The notes: a model not told the origin generated them from the sequence alone. Counted from the first letter of the stretch, positions 18,833 to 27,980 are shown. The stretch is DNA of 64,000 nt from an uncultured bacterium (GCA_964576535.1 CAZNWB010000006.1:1088-65087), one strand, 5' to 3'. Translations and numbers: made by a program.

Positions 18833-19939
18833 TCAGCGGAAGGTGACGACGCTGCGGGCGACCTCGCCGCGCTCCAGGGCGGCGTAGGCCTCGTTGATCT
18901 CTTCGATGGGGTAGGTGCGGGTGACGAGTTCGTCCAACTTCAGCTTTCCCGCCTGGTACAGGTCAATCAGCTTTAGGATGTCCTGCCGGAAGTCGCCCGA
19001 CCCGTAGAGGCTCCCCGTGAGGACCCGCTCATCCCAGGCCAAGGGCAGAGCAGGAATCGGAACCTCGGCCTTGGTCGGGCTGATGCCCACGACGACCGCC
19101 ATGCCGCACTTGGCGAGAACGTCGTACGCCTGGCGGATCGTGAGCGGCAGGCCCACCACCTCGAAGGCGTAGTCCACCCCCCGCTTGCCCGTAAGGGTGC
19201 GGACCTGTTTCACAGGATCGCCGGCAGAGGCGTTGACAGTGTGGGTGGCGCCGAACTGGCGCGCGTACTCCAGCTTGTTCTCCCGCAGGTCCACCGCGAT
19301 GATCATTCTGGCGCCGGCGAGCGCCGCGGCCTGGACGACGTTCAGCCCGACGCCCCCCGTGCCGAAGACGGCGACACTGGTCCCGGGTGCGACCTTGGCG
19401 GCATGCATCACCGCGCCATACCCGGTGGTCACCGCACAGCCGAGCAGCGCCATCCGATCCAGGGGGAGGTGGGGGGGAACCCTGAGAAGTGCTCTCTCCG
19501 GGATCACGGAATATTCTGCAAAGGTGGACACGCCGCCGAACCGCTTGATCTCCTGGCCGTCCAGGCTGAAGCCGGTGCCGCCGCCCGGCAGGGTGCCCGT
19601 CCGCCGGAGCTCCGTGCCCGTAACGCACAGCGCCGGTTTCCCCCGGAGACAGAATTCGCAGCTCCCGCAACTCAGGCGCCAGAGTGGAACGACGTGGTCT
19701 CCGGGCTTCAGGGAGGTCCCAGCGGTTCCCACCTCGGCGACAACACCCGCTCCCTCGTGTCCCAGGACCGCGGGCAGCGGCGCCTCCAGATCGCCCTTCA
19801 TCACGTGCAGGTCGCTGTGGCAGACGCCCCCGACCGCCATGCGCACCAGGACCTCGCCCGCCCGGGGAGACGCGACCTCCACCTCGCGGATGGCAAGCGG
19901 CTGGCCCGGCTCGAAGAGAACGGCCGCTCTGGCCTTCAT
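18833..19939 (-). CDS. zinc-dependent alcohol dehydrogenase
   Basis: 368 aa; GVCHSDLH, GHEGAGVV, structural-Zn Cys cluster CGSCEFCLRGKPALC, Rossmann VFGTGGVG. Confidence 0.9.
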   Translation of the reverse strand: MKARAAVLFEPGQPLAIREVEVASPRAGEVLVRMAVGGVCHSDLHVMKGDLEAPLPAVLGHEGAGVVAEVGTAGTSLKPGDHVVPLWRLSCGSCEFCLRGKPALCVTGTELRRTGTLPGGGTGFSLDGQEIKRFGGVSTFAEYSVIPERALLRVPPHLPLDRMALLGCAVTTGYGAVMHAAKVAPGTSVAVFGTGGVGLNVVQAAALAGARMIIAVDLRENKLEYARQFGATHTVNASAGDPVKQVRTLTGKRGVDYAFEVVGLPLTIRQAYDVLAKCGMAVVVGISPTKAEVPIPALPLAWDERVLTGSLYGSGDFRQDILKLIDLYQAGKLKLDELVTRTYPIEEINEAYAALERGEVARSVVTFR

Positions 19940-20004
19940 GGTTGGACACCCGTCTGCTCACCGGGTGACTCCCCCGGCCATCCCTGGCCCGGGGTCCCGG
20001 CGGA

Positions 20005-20799
20005 TTACATCACCACGCCGCCGTCCACGTGCAGGGCCTGGCCCGTGATGTTGCGCGCCTCGTCCGAGGCGAGGAAGACGGCGGCCCAGCCGATGTCCTC
20101 GGGCATCTGTTCCCGCTTCATGGGGACGATGGCGTTCACCCGGCTCTCGAAGACCTGGCGCGGCGTCATGCCTGAGAACTGGCCGCCCGACTTGGCCATC
20201 CGCTCCGCCGTCTCCTGCCAGAAGGCAGTCCAGAGAATGCCGGGGCAGATGGCGTTGACATTGATGTTATGCGCGGCCAGCTCCTTGGCCACGATCTTTG
20301 TAAAGGTGATGACCCCCATCTTGGAGACGCTGTAGGGGGGCATCGAGGGCGAATTCATCGGCCCGGCAATGGAGGCGATGTTGATGATCTTGCCGGCCTT
20401 CCGCTCGATGAAGTGGGGAGCGATGGACTTGCACGCCAGGAAGACCGACTTCACGTTGACGGCATAGACGCGGTCCCAGTCCGCCTCGGTGTTGTTGGTG
20501 AAGGGGAGACCGGGCTTGCTGGAGACACCGGCGTTGTTCACCAGAACGTCAATTCTGCCTAGGTCCCGCCTCACCCGGTCAAAGAGGGCCTGAATGTCGG
20601 CCTCCTTGGTCACGTCGGTCTTGACGACCACGGCCTTCCGGCCCAGGGCCTTGACCTCGTCGGCGACCTTGCCGGCCGGCTCGACCTGGAGGTCGGCGAT
20701 GGCGACGTCCGCCCCTTCCTTCGCCATGCAGAGGACGATTCCCTGCCCGATGCCCATGGCGCCGCCGGTTACGATGGCTACCTTGCCTGCGAGTCGCAT
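20005..20799 (-). CDS. short-chain dehydrogenase/reductase (SDR)
   Basis: ATG 20799 with GGAGG upstream (longer ORF to 21285 rejected); TGGAMGIG, NNAG, YSVSK (YxxxK). Confidence 0.9.
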   Translation of the reverse strand: MRLAGKVAIVTGGAMGIGQGIVLCMAKEGADVAIADLQVEPAGKVADEVKALGRKAVVVKTDVTKEADIQALFDRVRRDLGRIDVLVNNAGVSSKPGLPFTNNTEADWDRVYAVNVKSVFLACKSIAPHFIERKAGKIINIASIAGPMNSPSMPPYSVSKMGVITFTKIVAKELAAHNINVNAICPGILWTAFWQETAERMAKSGGQFSGMTPRQVFESRVNAIVPMKREQMPEDIGWAAVFLASDEARNITGQALHVDGGVVM

Positions 20800-20828
20800 G
20801 AGACCTCCTTTCCCGAAGACCCTTCTTG

Positions 20829-20974
20829 ATCCACAGATTTCGCAGATTCCCGCAGATTCATCCGGAACGACCTCCCCCTTGAAATCGGCCAATCTGCGCC
20901 CCTCGGTTGCACTCGGGGCCGTTCGGCTGAGCTCACGACGAAGCCCTGAGCCTGCCGAAGGGTAATCTGTGGAT
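20829..20974. repeat. stutter palindrome (word CGCAGATT/AATCTGCG)
   Basis: 20829-20863 = CCACAGATT, CGCAGATT, CGCAGATT in tandem; complements AATCTGCG (20891-20898) and AATCTGTGG (20964-20972); between the AOR stop and the SDR start. Confidence 0.75.
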
Positions 20975-20987
20975 AAATGATCGTCCG

Positions 20988-22877
20988 TTACCAGGTGTCC
21001 CCGGGCCTGGCCGCCCACTCGATCCCCAGCTCGGACAGCTTGGCGAAGGTCGGCCAGCCGGTGTCGGGGTCCCAGCCCTCCATCTGATGGTAGAGGCGGA
21101 GGGCACGGGCGAATGTCTCCGGGTCGATCCGGACGCCCTTCAGCGGCCCGTCGGTGAAGGCCTCGTGCAGGCGGGCCGGCAGCAGGTCGTCCTTGGGCGT
21201 GAAGCCCTCGCGGCAGTTGAAGACGCGGGCCAGGGCCGCGCCGCGCTCCACCACCTTGAAGAGCTCCCACAGGCTGGTGTCCCAACCGGTGAGGGCCCGG
21301 GCCAGGTTCACCACGGGGGTGACACCCAGGATGTCAATGGGCGCCGCTGCCAGGTTGCAGATTCCCAGGGAATGACCCAGGTTCCACCAGTGCTGGGCGT
21401 AATAATACGCCCGAACCTTGCGCGGCGACAACTCCAGGCGGGGCATGGGGTCGCACAGGCCCAGGGGCTCCAGGGCGTGGCCGCCGGAGGGATGGAGCCC
21501 CTCGTACGCCGGATCGTGCGGGGCCCGCATGTGATCGGCGCCCCCCGGCGACGTGGCGTAGGCGAGCGAGAGCCCCTGCTTGCCTCGCGGCTCGTGCAGG
21601 GGGATCTCCTGTCCCTTGACGTGCAAGGCATAGCGCTCCGCGCCCCGACCGATCCGCTGGGCCGCCCGCTTCACCCCGTCCGCCAGGACGTCGCCGAAGC
21701 CTTCCCGGCGGGCCATCTTGACCACCAGCTGGAGCAGCGCGTCCGCGTTGCCGAAGCGGAGGTCGATCCCGTCGGTGTCGGCCTTGGTCAGGATACCCCG
21801 TTCAAAGCATTCCATGGCGAAGGCGATGGTCATGCCGGCCGAGATGGTGTCCAGGACGTATTCGCCGCAGAGCTGGTTGAACTTGGCGATGGCCTGGATG
21901 TCCCCGATCCCGCAGGCGGAGCCGCCGGCCCCGATGGTCTCGTACTCGGGACCGCCGTACTTGGGCGTGACCTCGAGCGCCGGGACCTCCACCTCGCGCT
22001 TGCAGGCGATAGCGCAGGCGAAGCAGGTGCCCTCGTCGGTGAGGATGGTCGCGGCCATGTGCTGGCCGCTGATCTCCTTGGCGTGCTCGAAGGATCCCTG
22101 CTGGAAGTTGCGGGTCGGGAGGATCCCATCGGTGCTGAAGGCGACGACGTTCCGCGAGGTGCCGAACTTGTGGAGCATGTCGGCATTCCGGTCATAGTGC
22201 TCGCGGAACCACTTCTGGACCTGGGCCAGCGCATCGGGATCCTTGGGCTCCAGCTTGCCCTTCCCCCGGACGGCGATGGCCTTGAGCCGCTTGCTGCCCA
22301 TGACGGCGCCCAGGCCGCAGCGGCCGTTGAAGTGCTTCAGCTCGTTGACGATGTTGGCCAGCCGGACGCCGTTCTCGCCGGCGACGCCGCACTGGAGGAT
22401 GCGGGCCCGCTTGTCCGTCTCCTGCTTGAGGGTGTCCTGGACCTCGCCCGACAGCTTCCCCCACAGGTGGGAGGCGTCCCGGAGTTCCGCCTTCTCCTCG
22501 GCGATCCACAGGTAAACCGGCCGGGGCGATTGACCGGTGACGAGGATGCCGTCGAAGCCGGCCAGCTTCAGCTCGGGCCCCCACCAGCCGCCGGCCTCTG
22601 CCTCGCCATATCCGCCGGTGAGGGGGGACTTAGCCGCCACGCTGAACCGGTTGGTCCCGGAGACCGGCGCCCCCGTGGTGAGGCACGTGGCGATGACCAG
22701 GACGTTGTCGGGGCCGAGCGGATCGATTCCCGGCTTGACCTCCCGGACGAGCCAGTAGGCCGCCATGGCGTTTCCGCCCAGGTACATGCGGTAGGTGAGC
22801 TCGGGGACCTCCTCGACCCGGGTCTCCCCCCGGGTCAGGTCCACCCGCAGGAATTTGCCGTTATATGGACCCTGCAT
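20988..22877 (-). CDS. aldehyde:ferredoxin oxidoreductase (tungsten/molybdopterin AOR family)
   Basis: 629 aa; N-terminus GKFLRVDLTRGETRVEEV and Cys motif CFACAIAC (CxxCxxxC) are typical of AOR-family enzymes. Confidence 0.9.
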   Translation of the reverse strand: MQGPYNGKFLRVDLTRGETRVEEVPELTYRMYLGGNAMAAYWLVREVKPGIDPLGPDNVLVIATCLTTGAPVSGTNRFSVAAKSPLTGGYGEAEAGGWWGPELKLAGFDGILVTGQSPRPVYLWIAEEKAELRDASHLWGKLSGEVQDTLKQETDKRARILQCGVAGENGVRLANIVNELKHFNGRCGLGAVMGSKRLKAIAVRGKGKLEPKDPDALAQVQKWFREHYDRNADMLHKFGTSRNVVAFSTDGILPTRNFQQGSFEHAKEISGQHMAATILTDEGTCFACAIACKREVEVPALEVTPKYGGPEYETIGAGGSACGIGDIQAIAKFNQLCGEYVLDTISAGMTIAFAMECFERGILTKADTDGIDLRFGNADALLQLVVKMARREGFGDVLADGVKRAAQRIGRGAERYALHVKGQEIPLHEPRGKQGLSLAYATSPGGADHMRAPHDPAYEGLHPSGGHALEPLGLCDPMPRLELSPRKVRAYYYAQHWWNLGHSLGICNLAAAPIDILGVTPVVNLARALTGWDTSLWELFKVVERGAALARVFNCREGFTPKDDLLPARLHEAFTDGPLKGVRIDPETFARALRLYHQMEGWDPDTGWPTFAKLSELGIEWAARPGDTW

Positions 22878-23066
22878 GCGTCCCTCCTTCTCGTGGCATC
22901 AGGATTCCGCACGGTGTGCCGGCGCCCGGCCTCACAGGGCCGGTCAAGTGCAAGGGCTCCCCCCGGAATTCTGCCGCAAGATCCCGGGCGGGAAAACCCC
23001 TGACCGAGAGAGGTTCGGATGTGCAGACCTTTTCCCCGCGGGGCCGGCGGTGGGCAGCCACCCGGG

Positions 23067-23095
23067 AGTCTAGACATATGAGGACAGTCTCGCAA
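23067..23095 (-). promoter_or_regulatory. sigma70-type promoter candidate for the AOR gene
   Basis: minus strand TTGCGA (23095-23090), 17-nt spacer, TAGACT (23072-23067); implies a ~180-nt leader. Confidence 0.45.
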
Positions 23096-23254
23096 GCCGG
23101 AGGAGGCAAAGGATCGGAAAACATACAGGAGGAAAAGGGGTCGTTCACTCAGGAACGGATCACAGGATGAGGGCTGGCGCAAATACCGTAGGCCCGAGAG
23201 GACTTGCCACTCGTCCCCAATCGTTCGACACCAGCGATGCGACCCGGGACGACC

Positions 23255-23284
23255 TTGCAGCGGGTCGGCCAGTTGGGGCATAAT
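23255..23284 (+). promoter_or_regulatory. promoter candidate carrying a shared 17-mer box
   Basis: TTGCAG, 18-nt spacer, CATAAT; contains CCAGTTGGGGCATAATG (23269-23285), identical to 25672-25688. Confidence 0.45.
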
Positions 23285-23391
23285 GCATTCGGCGTCATTG
23301 GGGATGACGAAGGGACGGCCACCCGTCCTGGCCCACGAAGGGGAGACAGGTCGGGGAGAAGGCAAGATTGCCCAGAAAGGATGGGGGGGTC

Positions 23392-23991
23392 ATGGCAACC
23401 CTGCATCTGGGGTTTCTGGCATCCCATGGCGGCAGCAACATGCAGGCGATCATTGATGCCTGCAAGGCCGGGCAACTGGACGGCAAGCCATGCGTCGTCA
23501 TCAGCAACAACTCGGATTCGATGGCCCTGCAGCGGGCTCGGAACGAGGGGATCCCCTGCTATCACATCGGTGGACTCACGCATCCTGGGTCGGCGGAGGA
23601 TGAGGAGATCCTGCGGGTCTTGAAGCGACATGGTGTGGATACGGTGATCCTGGCTGGGTACATGAAGAAACTGGGGAACCTTACGCTGCAGGCGTATCGA
23701 GGGCGGATCCTCAACATCCACCCGGCCCTACTGCCGAAATTCGGCGGCAAGGGGATGTACGGCAAGCGTGTGCACGAGGCGGTGCTGGCGGCGGGAGAGA
23801 AGGTCACTGGTGTCACGATCCACCTGATTGATGAGAACTACGATACCGGGCCGATCATCAATCAATGCCAGGTCCCGGTGTGTGAAAGCGATAGCGTGGA
23901 TTCCTTGAGCGAGAGGGTGCTGAAGCACGAGCACAGGCTGTACGTAGAGACCTTGCAGATGATCAGCGACGGAAGGATCCGGTTGCCATAA
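23392..23991 (+). CDS. purN: phosphoribosylglycinamide formyltransferase
   Basis: ATG 23392; 199 aa; GSNMQAIIDA, ILAGYMK, NIHPALLPKFGG and TGVTIHLIDENYDTGPII. Confidence 0.9.
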   Translation: MATLHLGFLASHGGSNMQAIIDACKAGQLDGKPCVVISNNSDSMALQRARNEGIPCYHIGGLTHPGSAEDEEILRVLKRHGVDTVILAGYMKKLGNLTLQAYRGRILNIHPALLPKFGGKGMYGKRVHEAVLAAGEKVTGVTIHLIDENYDTGPIINQCQVPVCESDSVDSLSERVLKHEHRLYVETLQMISDGRIRLP

Positions 23992-24130
23992 TCGGCCGCC
24001 CGCCAATCAGCCCACACTTCTCCCCGCAGCGTCGAACTTCCTTCGGCTTTCAGGCAGGGAACATCGCGGGCCCTGAGCCATCGAATGCGGTCGGAAAAGC
24101 CAGTACGGCGGCGGCATCGCCGGAGGGCGT

Positions 24131-24245
24131 CCACGGCTCCCGTCTGGCGAAGGCTCAGCGCCTCGGCCGGTGAGTAGTCGAGTTCGGCGAGAATCTCGTC
24201 GGTGTACTGGCCGAGGTGGGGCGGGGGGGTCATGCGGTGGACAGC
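24131..24245 (-). pseudogene. C-terminal remnant of a family III (CaiB/BaiF) CoA-transferase
   Basis: minus frame reads PPPHLGQYTDEILAELDYSPAEALSLRQTGAV, the typical extreme C-terminus of this family; the ~350 upstream residues are missing. Confidence 0.4.
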
Positions 24246-24455
24246 GTGGGGGCTGGCCATGCCTTCAATGCCGGCTTCCTCTACGGCATGTTAAAAGATC
24301 TCCCGTTCCAAGAATGTGCCCGACTCGGTCAGATCGTGGCCCACTGTTCCCTGCGGGCCCCGGGGGCCCGCGAAGGATTACCCACATTCCGGGAGTTGCA
24401 ACAGGCCTATCGGCGGCACTTCGGATCGGACCTCAGTTCGCCGCCCGCTTCCTGA
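24216..24455 (+). pseudogene. C-terminal remnant of a PfkB-family sugar kinase
   Basis: 79-aa ORF equals the last ~65 aa of a ribokinase/PfkB kinase (VDSVGAGHAFNAGFLYG; canonical GAGDAF with D to H); the N-terminal ~240 aa are absent. Confidence 0.55.
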
Positions 24456-24506
24456 TTCATCCCCCTTCTGAACACACGGGAGACCGCAAGTCCACTTCGT
24501 CAACAA

Positions 24507-24543
24507 CGTCCCTCATCCCGTCCCTCATCCCGTCCCTCATTCC
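24507..24543. repeat. direct tandem repeat, 12-mer x3
   Basis: CGTCCCTCATCC, CGTCCCTCATCC, CGTCCCTCATTCC; lies between the PfkB remnant and the iolB stop. Confidence 0.9.
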
Positions 24544-24586
24544 AGATCGAGGAGGTTCATACCTTCCAGGGTTCCCTCCATGCTGT

Positions 24587-25456
24587 CTAGCCCTTGCCGC
24601 CGATCAAGTCGTAGAGCGGAGAATCGGTTTCCCGGGGGGCCCAGGTTTCGCGCACCCAGGCGTAGGTGGGGTCATCGGCGGCCTGCATGGACCGGACGTC
24701 CCCGGCCAGCACGTTGAGGTAGTAGCAGTGGGATCCCGGGCCGGCCACCACGGGGTGGTAGCCCTCTCGGATCAGCACGAGGTCGTTGTCCCGCAGCGTG
24801 AGGGTTTCATCGATCCGGCCGTCCTTGGTGTACAGCCGCTGGATGGCGAAGCCGTCCGGGTGGCTCATCTTGTAGTAATAGATCTCCTCCAGCTTGACCT
24901 CGTGGGCCGAGTTGGCCTGGTCATGCTTGTGGGGCGGGTAGCTCGACCAGTTGCCGCTGGGGGTGAAGACCTCGACGATCAGCAGGCGCTGGGCGGGAAA
25001 ATCGGGCCGCACCACGTGAAAGATCCGCCGGGTGACGTTCTTGCTGCCGCGGATTTCGATGGTCACGTCTTCGGGCCGGATGACTCGTGGGGGAAAATCC
25101 CGCTCGGCCTTAGCGCTGCACAGTGCAACCTCGAGTGCGGTGATGGCCCGCACCGCATAGGCGGTCCGCCGGGGGAGGTACAGGGCGTAGGGCAACCCGT
25201 CGAAGACGTTCTGGCGTTTTCCGAGACCTTTCCAGGTGCCCGCGGTGGACTCGACCTCGCACTCCCCTCCCAGGATGATCAGCGCGGTTTCGCGGTCCCC
25301 CGTCTCTGCAGAGAGCTTGTCTCCCGCCCGGAGGCTTCGGACGGCGAAACTGATGTACCGCCAGCCCGCACGGTCGGGAGTCAGGGAAATGATTTCCCCC
25401 GCCTCTCCGGGTTTCAAGGAATTCGGACGGATCAACAGGTCGGTGTGGGTCGGCAT
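24587..25456 (-). CDS. iolB: 5-deoxy-glucuronate isomerase
   Basis: 289 aa; cupin-type signature GNWSSYPPHKHD and family-typical length. Confidence 0.8.
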   Translation of the reverse strand: MPTHTDLLIRPNSLKPGEAGEIISLTPDRAGWRYISFAVRSLRAGDKLSAETGDRETALIILGGECEVESTAGTWKGLGKRQNVFDGLPYALYLPRRTAYAVRAITALEVALCSAKAERDFPPRVIRPEDVTIEIRGSKNVTRRIFHVVRPDFPAQRLLIVEVFTPSGNWSSYPPHKHDQANSAHEVKLEEIYYYKMSHPDGFAIQRLYTKDGRIDETLTLRDNDLVLIREGYHPVVAGPGSHCYYLNVLAGDVRSMQAADDPTYAWVRETWAPRETDSPLYDLIGGKG

Positions 25457-25658
25457 CTGCTCTCCCTCCCGTGGCTGGACAGGCCGGAACGCTCCGTGGC
25501 GGCTTCAGAGGATTGAGGGTCCACCGGGCAGGGGCCCCGGCCCGTTCCGGTGACGTCAGGGGAACGATATCATACCAGATGTTCACTCTGCCACCAGGAA
25601 TCAGGCAAGGCGTGGGAGATGCCAGATGCCCTGTCGTGTCGGCCCGACGCTTCCCAGC

Positions 25659-25687
25659 TTGCCGGGCATGTCCAGTTGGGGCATAAT
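25659..25687 (+). promoter_or_regulatory. promoter candidate carrying a shared 17-mer box
   Basis: TTGCCG, 17-nt spacer, CATAAT; contains CCAGTTGGGGCATAATG (25672-25688). Confidence 0.45.
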
Positions 25688-25825
25688 GGCCCGGCACGCC
25701 AAGAATGGTTTATCTTCGGATGTGAGCCACACCAGGAGTCCACGATGCCACAGAGGGGCGGGAGGGGAATACCCAAGCAGGGGAACAAGGCAGCCACCCG
25801 TGCAGTTGAGAGGAGAGAGGGGACC

Positions 25826-26323
25826 ATGCTCACCAAAGCCATACAGGATGCCATCAACGATCAGATCAATGCCGAGCTCAACTCCGCCTACCTGTATCTC
25901 TCGATGTCGGCCTACTGCGCTGCCGCCAATTGGACGGGCTCCGCCCGGTGGATGCGGGTGCAAAGCCAGGAGGAGCTGTCCCACGCCATCAAGTTGTTTG
26001 ACTACATCACCGATCGGGGTGGGCGCGCGACACTCAGACCCCTCTCCCAGCCAACGACGGACTTCAAGTCGCTGCACGCAGTCTTCCAGCAAGTCCTGGA
26101 GCACGAGCAGGGGGTGACCAAGAAGATCCACAAGCTGTGCGAGCTGGCAGTCAAGGAGAATGACTACGCGACCCAGGTCATGTTGCAGTGGTTCGTCACG
26201 GAACAGGTCGAAGAGGAAAAGACCGTCAGCGAGATCCTGGCCCAAGTGAAGATGATTGGAGAGCAGAGCACTGCCCTGTTCATGCTGGATCGGCACCTGG
26301 GCACGCGGACGGCGGGGAGCTGA
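25826..26323 (+). CDS. ferritin-like iron-storage protein
   Basis: ATG 25826 with a purine-rich RBS (ORF opens at 25550); 165 aa; di-iron ligand contexts (QEELSHA, EHEQ) and length typical of bacterial ferritin. Confidence 0.8.
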   Translation: MLTKAIQDAINDQINAELNSAYLYLSMSAYCAAANWTGSARWMRVQSQEELSHAIKLFDYITDRGGRATLRPLSQPTTDFKSLHAVFQQVLEHEQGVTKKIHKLCELAVKENDYATQVMLQWFVTEQVEEEKTVSEILAQVKMIGEQSTALFMLDRHLGTRTAGS

Positions 26324-26429
26324 TACGCGGCGGATCTGGGGGACGAGGGTCCGCCCCCTCTTCCTCGTGTGGAGAGGGGGCGGTGCCATTTGTATTGACC
26401 TCGAGGGATGCCAGAGAAAGGAACCGCAC

Positions 26430-26822
26430 ATGGCAAGCATCCAGCCGTATTGCGCCAAAGAGGTGTTCGACCCCCCCACCTATGCCCAGGCAATGAAGGT
26501 CAGCGGGGCCCAGACGATCCTGTTCCTGTCGGGCCAGGTGGCTTACGACGAGAAGGGGAATCCGGCCCACCGGGGCGACTTCGCTGCCCAGGCCCGCGCC
26601 GTCTTCCGGGCCATCCAGGCCCAAGTCGAGGCCGGCGGGGGCACCCTGGCGAGCGTCGTGAAGCTGAATACGTACCTCACGGACATCCGGCAGCGCGCCG
26701 ACCTGATCCCGGTGCGGGAGGAGTTTTTCGGCAAGAAACTGCCGGCGTCCACCTTGGTGGGTGTGAGCGCCCTGGCCCACCCGGACTGGCTGATCGAGGT
26801 GGAAGCCATCGCCGTGGTGTGA
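26430..26822 (+). CDS. RidA/YjgF family protein (second copy)
   Basis: ATG 26430 (ORF opens at 26256); 130 aa; FLSGQVA, VKLNTYLTD and STLVGVSALAHPDWLIEVEAIAVV. Confidence 0.8.
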   Translation: MASIQPYCAKEVFDPPTYAQAMKVSGAQTILFLSGQVAYDEKGNPAHRGDFAAQARAVFRAIQAQVEAGGGTLASVVKLNTYLTDIRQRADLIPVREEFFGKKLPASTLVGVSALAHPDWLIEVEAIAVV

Positions 26823-26844
26823 GCCAATACCGCATTCGACCCTG

Positions 26845-27980
26845 GTGTCGAATCCGGAAGACCTCGCGATGGGGAAAAGGCGCTTGGCTTCGAACCGCTC
26901 CCGACGGGCGACGTTTGCCATCCTGGCGTTGCTGCCGGCGACGCTGCTCATGGGAATGGGCAGCTCGACGATCGGACCGGACGAGGTGGTGGTATTCTAC
27001 CCCACGGCAGGGTACCGGAGCGGGGACGGCTGGACCGTGCCCATCCATGGGGTGATCTACAAGCCGAAGGAACCTCGCGCCTTCGCGCCGCCACGGTCGG
27101 ACTCTTCCGCCGGCTCTTCAGTGTGAAGCAAGGAGAGGGCGGTGAGGTGTTCACCGAGAGAGCCAGGCCCTTCCTGGTGGACAACCAGCAGGGGAAGGCG
27201 ATCTCCGTCCGACTGGGAACCAAGGACTATCCCGTTGGCCAATCCGGGGCCAATGGGCATTTCCGGGGGACCATCCGCCTGGGGAAGGAAGAGGCGGCGG
27301 CCCTGGTTCGCGGCCCCGGGGGTCAGGCCGGATGGGTAATGTTCCAGGCCGTCACGCCGCCGGGGGACGACCGGATATTCCCGGGGAAAGTGGGGTTGCT
27401 GGCCGAGACGGGAATCTCCGTGATCTCGGACGTGGATGACACGGTCAAGGTGAGCCAGGTACGGGACCGGCGCGAGTTGTTGGCCAACACCTTCCTGCGT
27501 GAGTTCCGGGGCGTCCCGGGCATGGCGGAGGCATACCGGAAGTGGGCCGCAGATGGGGCGGCGTTCCATTACGTGTCGGCAAGCCCCTGGCAGCTCTACG
27601 ACCCCCTCGCCCGATTCCTCGCCGCCGAGGGCTTCCCCGACGGCAGCTTTCACCTGAAGGTCTTCCGCCTGAAGGACCCGAGCTTTTTCGATCTCTACGC
27701 CGACCCCGAGGCGTACAAGCGCCGGGCCATCGAACCGATCCTCAAGAGCTTTCCAGGCCGCAAGTTCGTGCTCGTAGGCGACTCAGGGGAGAAGGACCCC
27801 GAGGTCTATGGGGCCCTGGCCCGCGACCATCGCGCCCAGATCGTCCGGATCTTCATCCGGGACGTTACCGGAGAGCCGGCCGACGGCGAGCGGTATCGGA
27901 CCGCCTTTCAAGCGGTGGGGAAAGAGCGCTGGAGGGTCTTCCGAAGCGCGGACGAAATCCGAGATCTCATCCTGCCTTGA
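26845..27980 (+). pseudogene. App1/DUF2183-type phosphatase interrupted by a frameshift
   Basis: ORFs 26845..27126 and 27123..27980 together resemble one DUF2183 protein (ISDVDDTV = DxDxT; GDSGEKDPEVY); the downstream frame stays open and protein-like (LRAATVGLFRRLFSVKQGE) upstream of 27123, placing a 1-nt shift near 27060-27075. Confidence 0.6.

Noticed and set aside
21087-23003. 638-aa plus-strand ORF
   Set aside because: Antisense to the AOR gene, no recognisable motifs, shadow-ORF composition.
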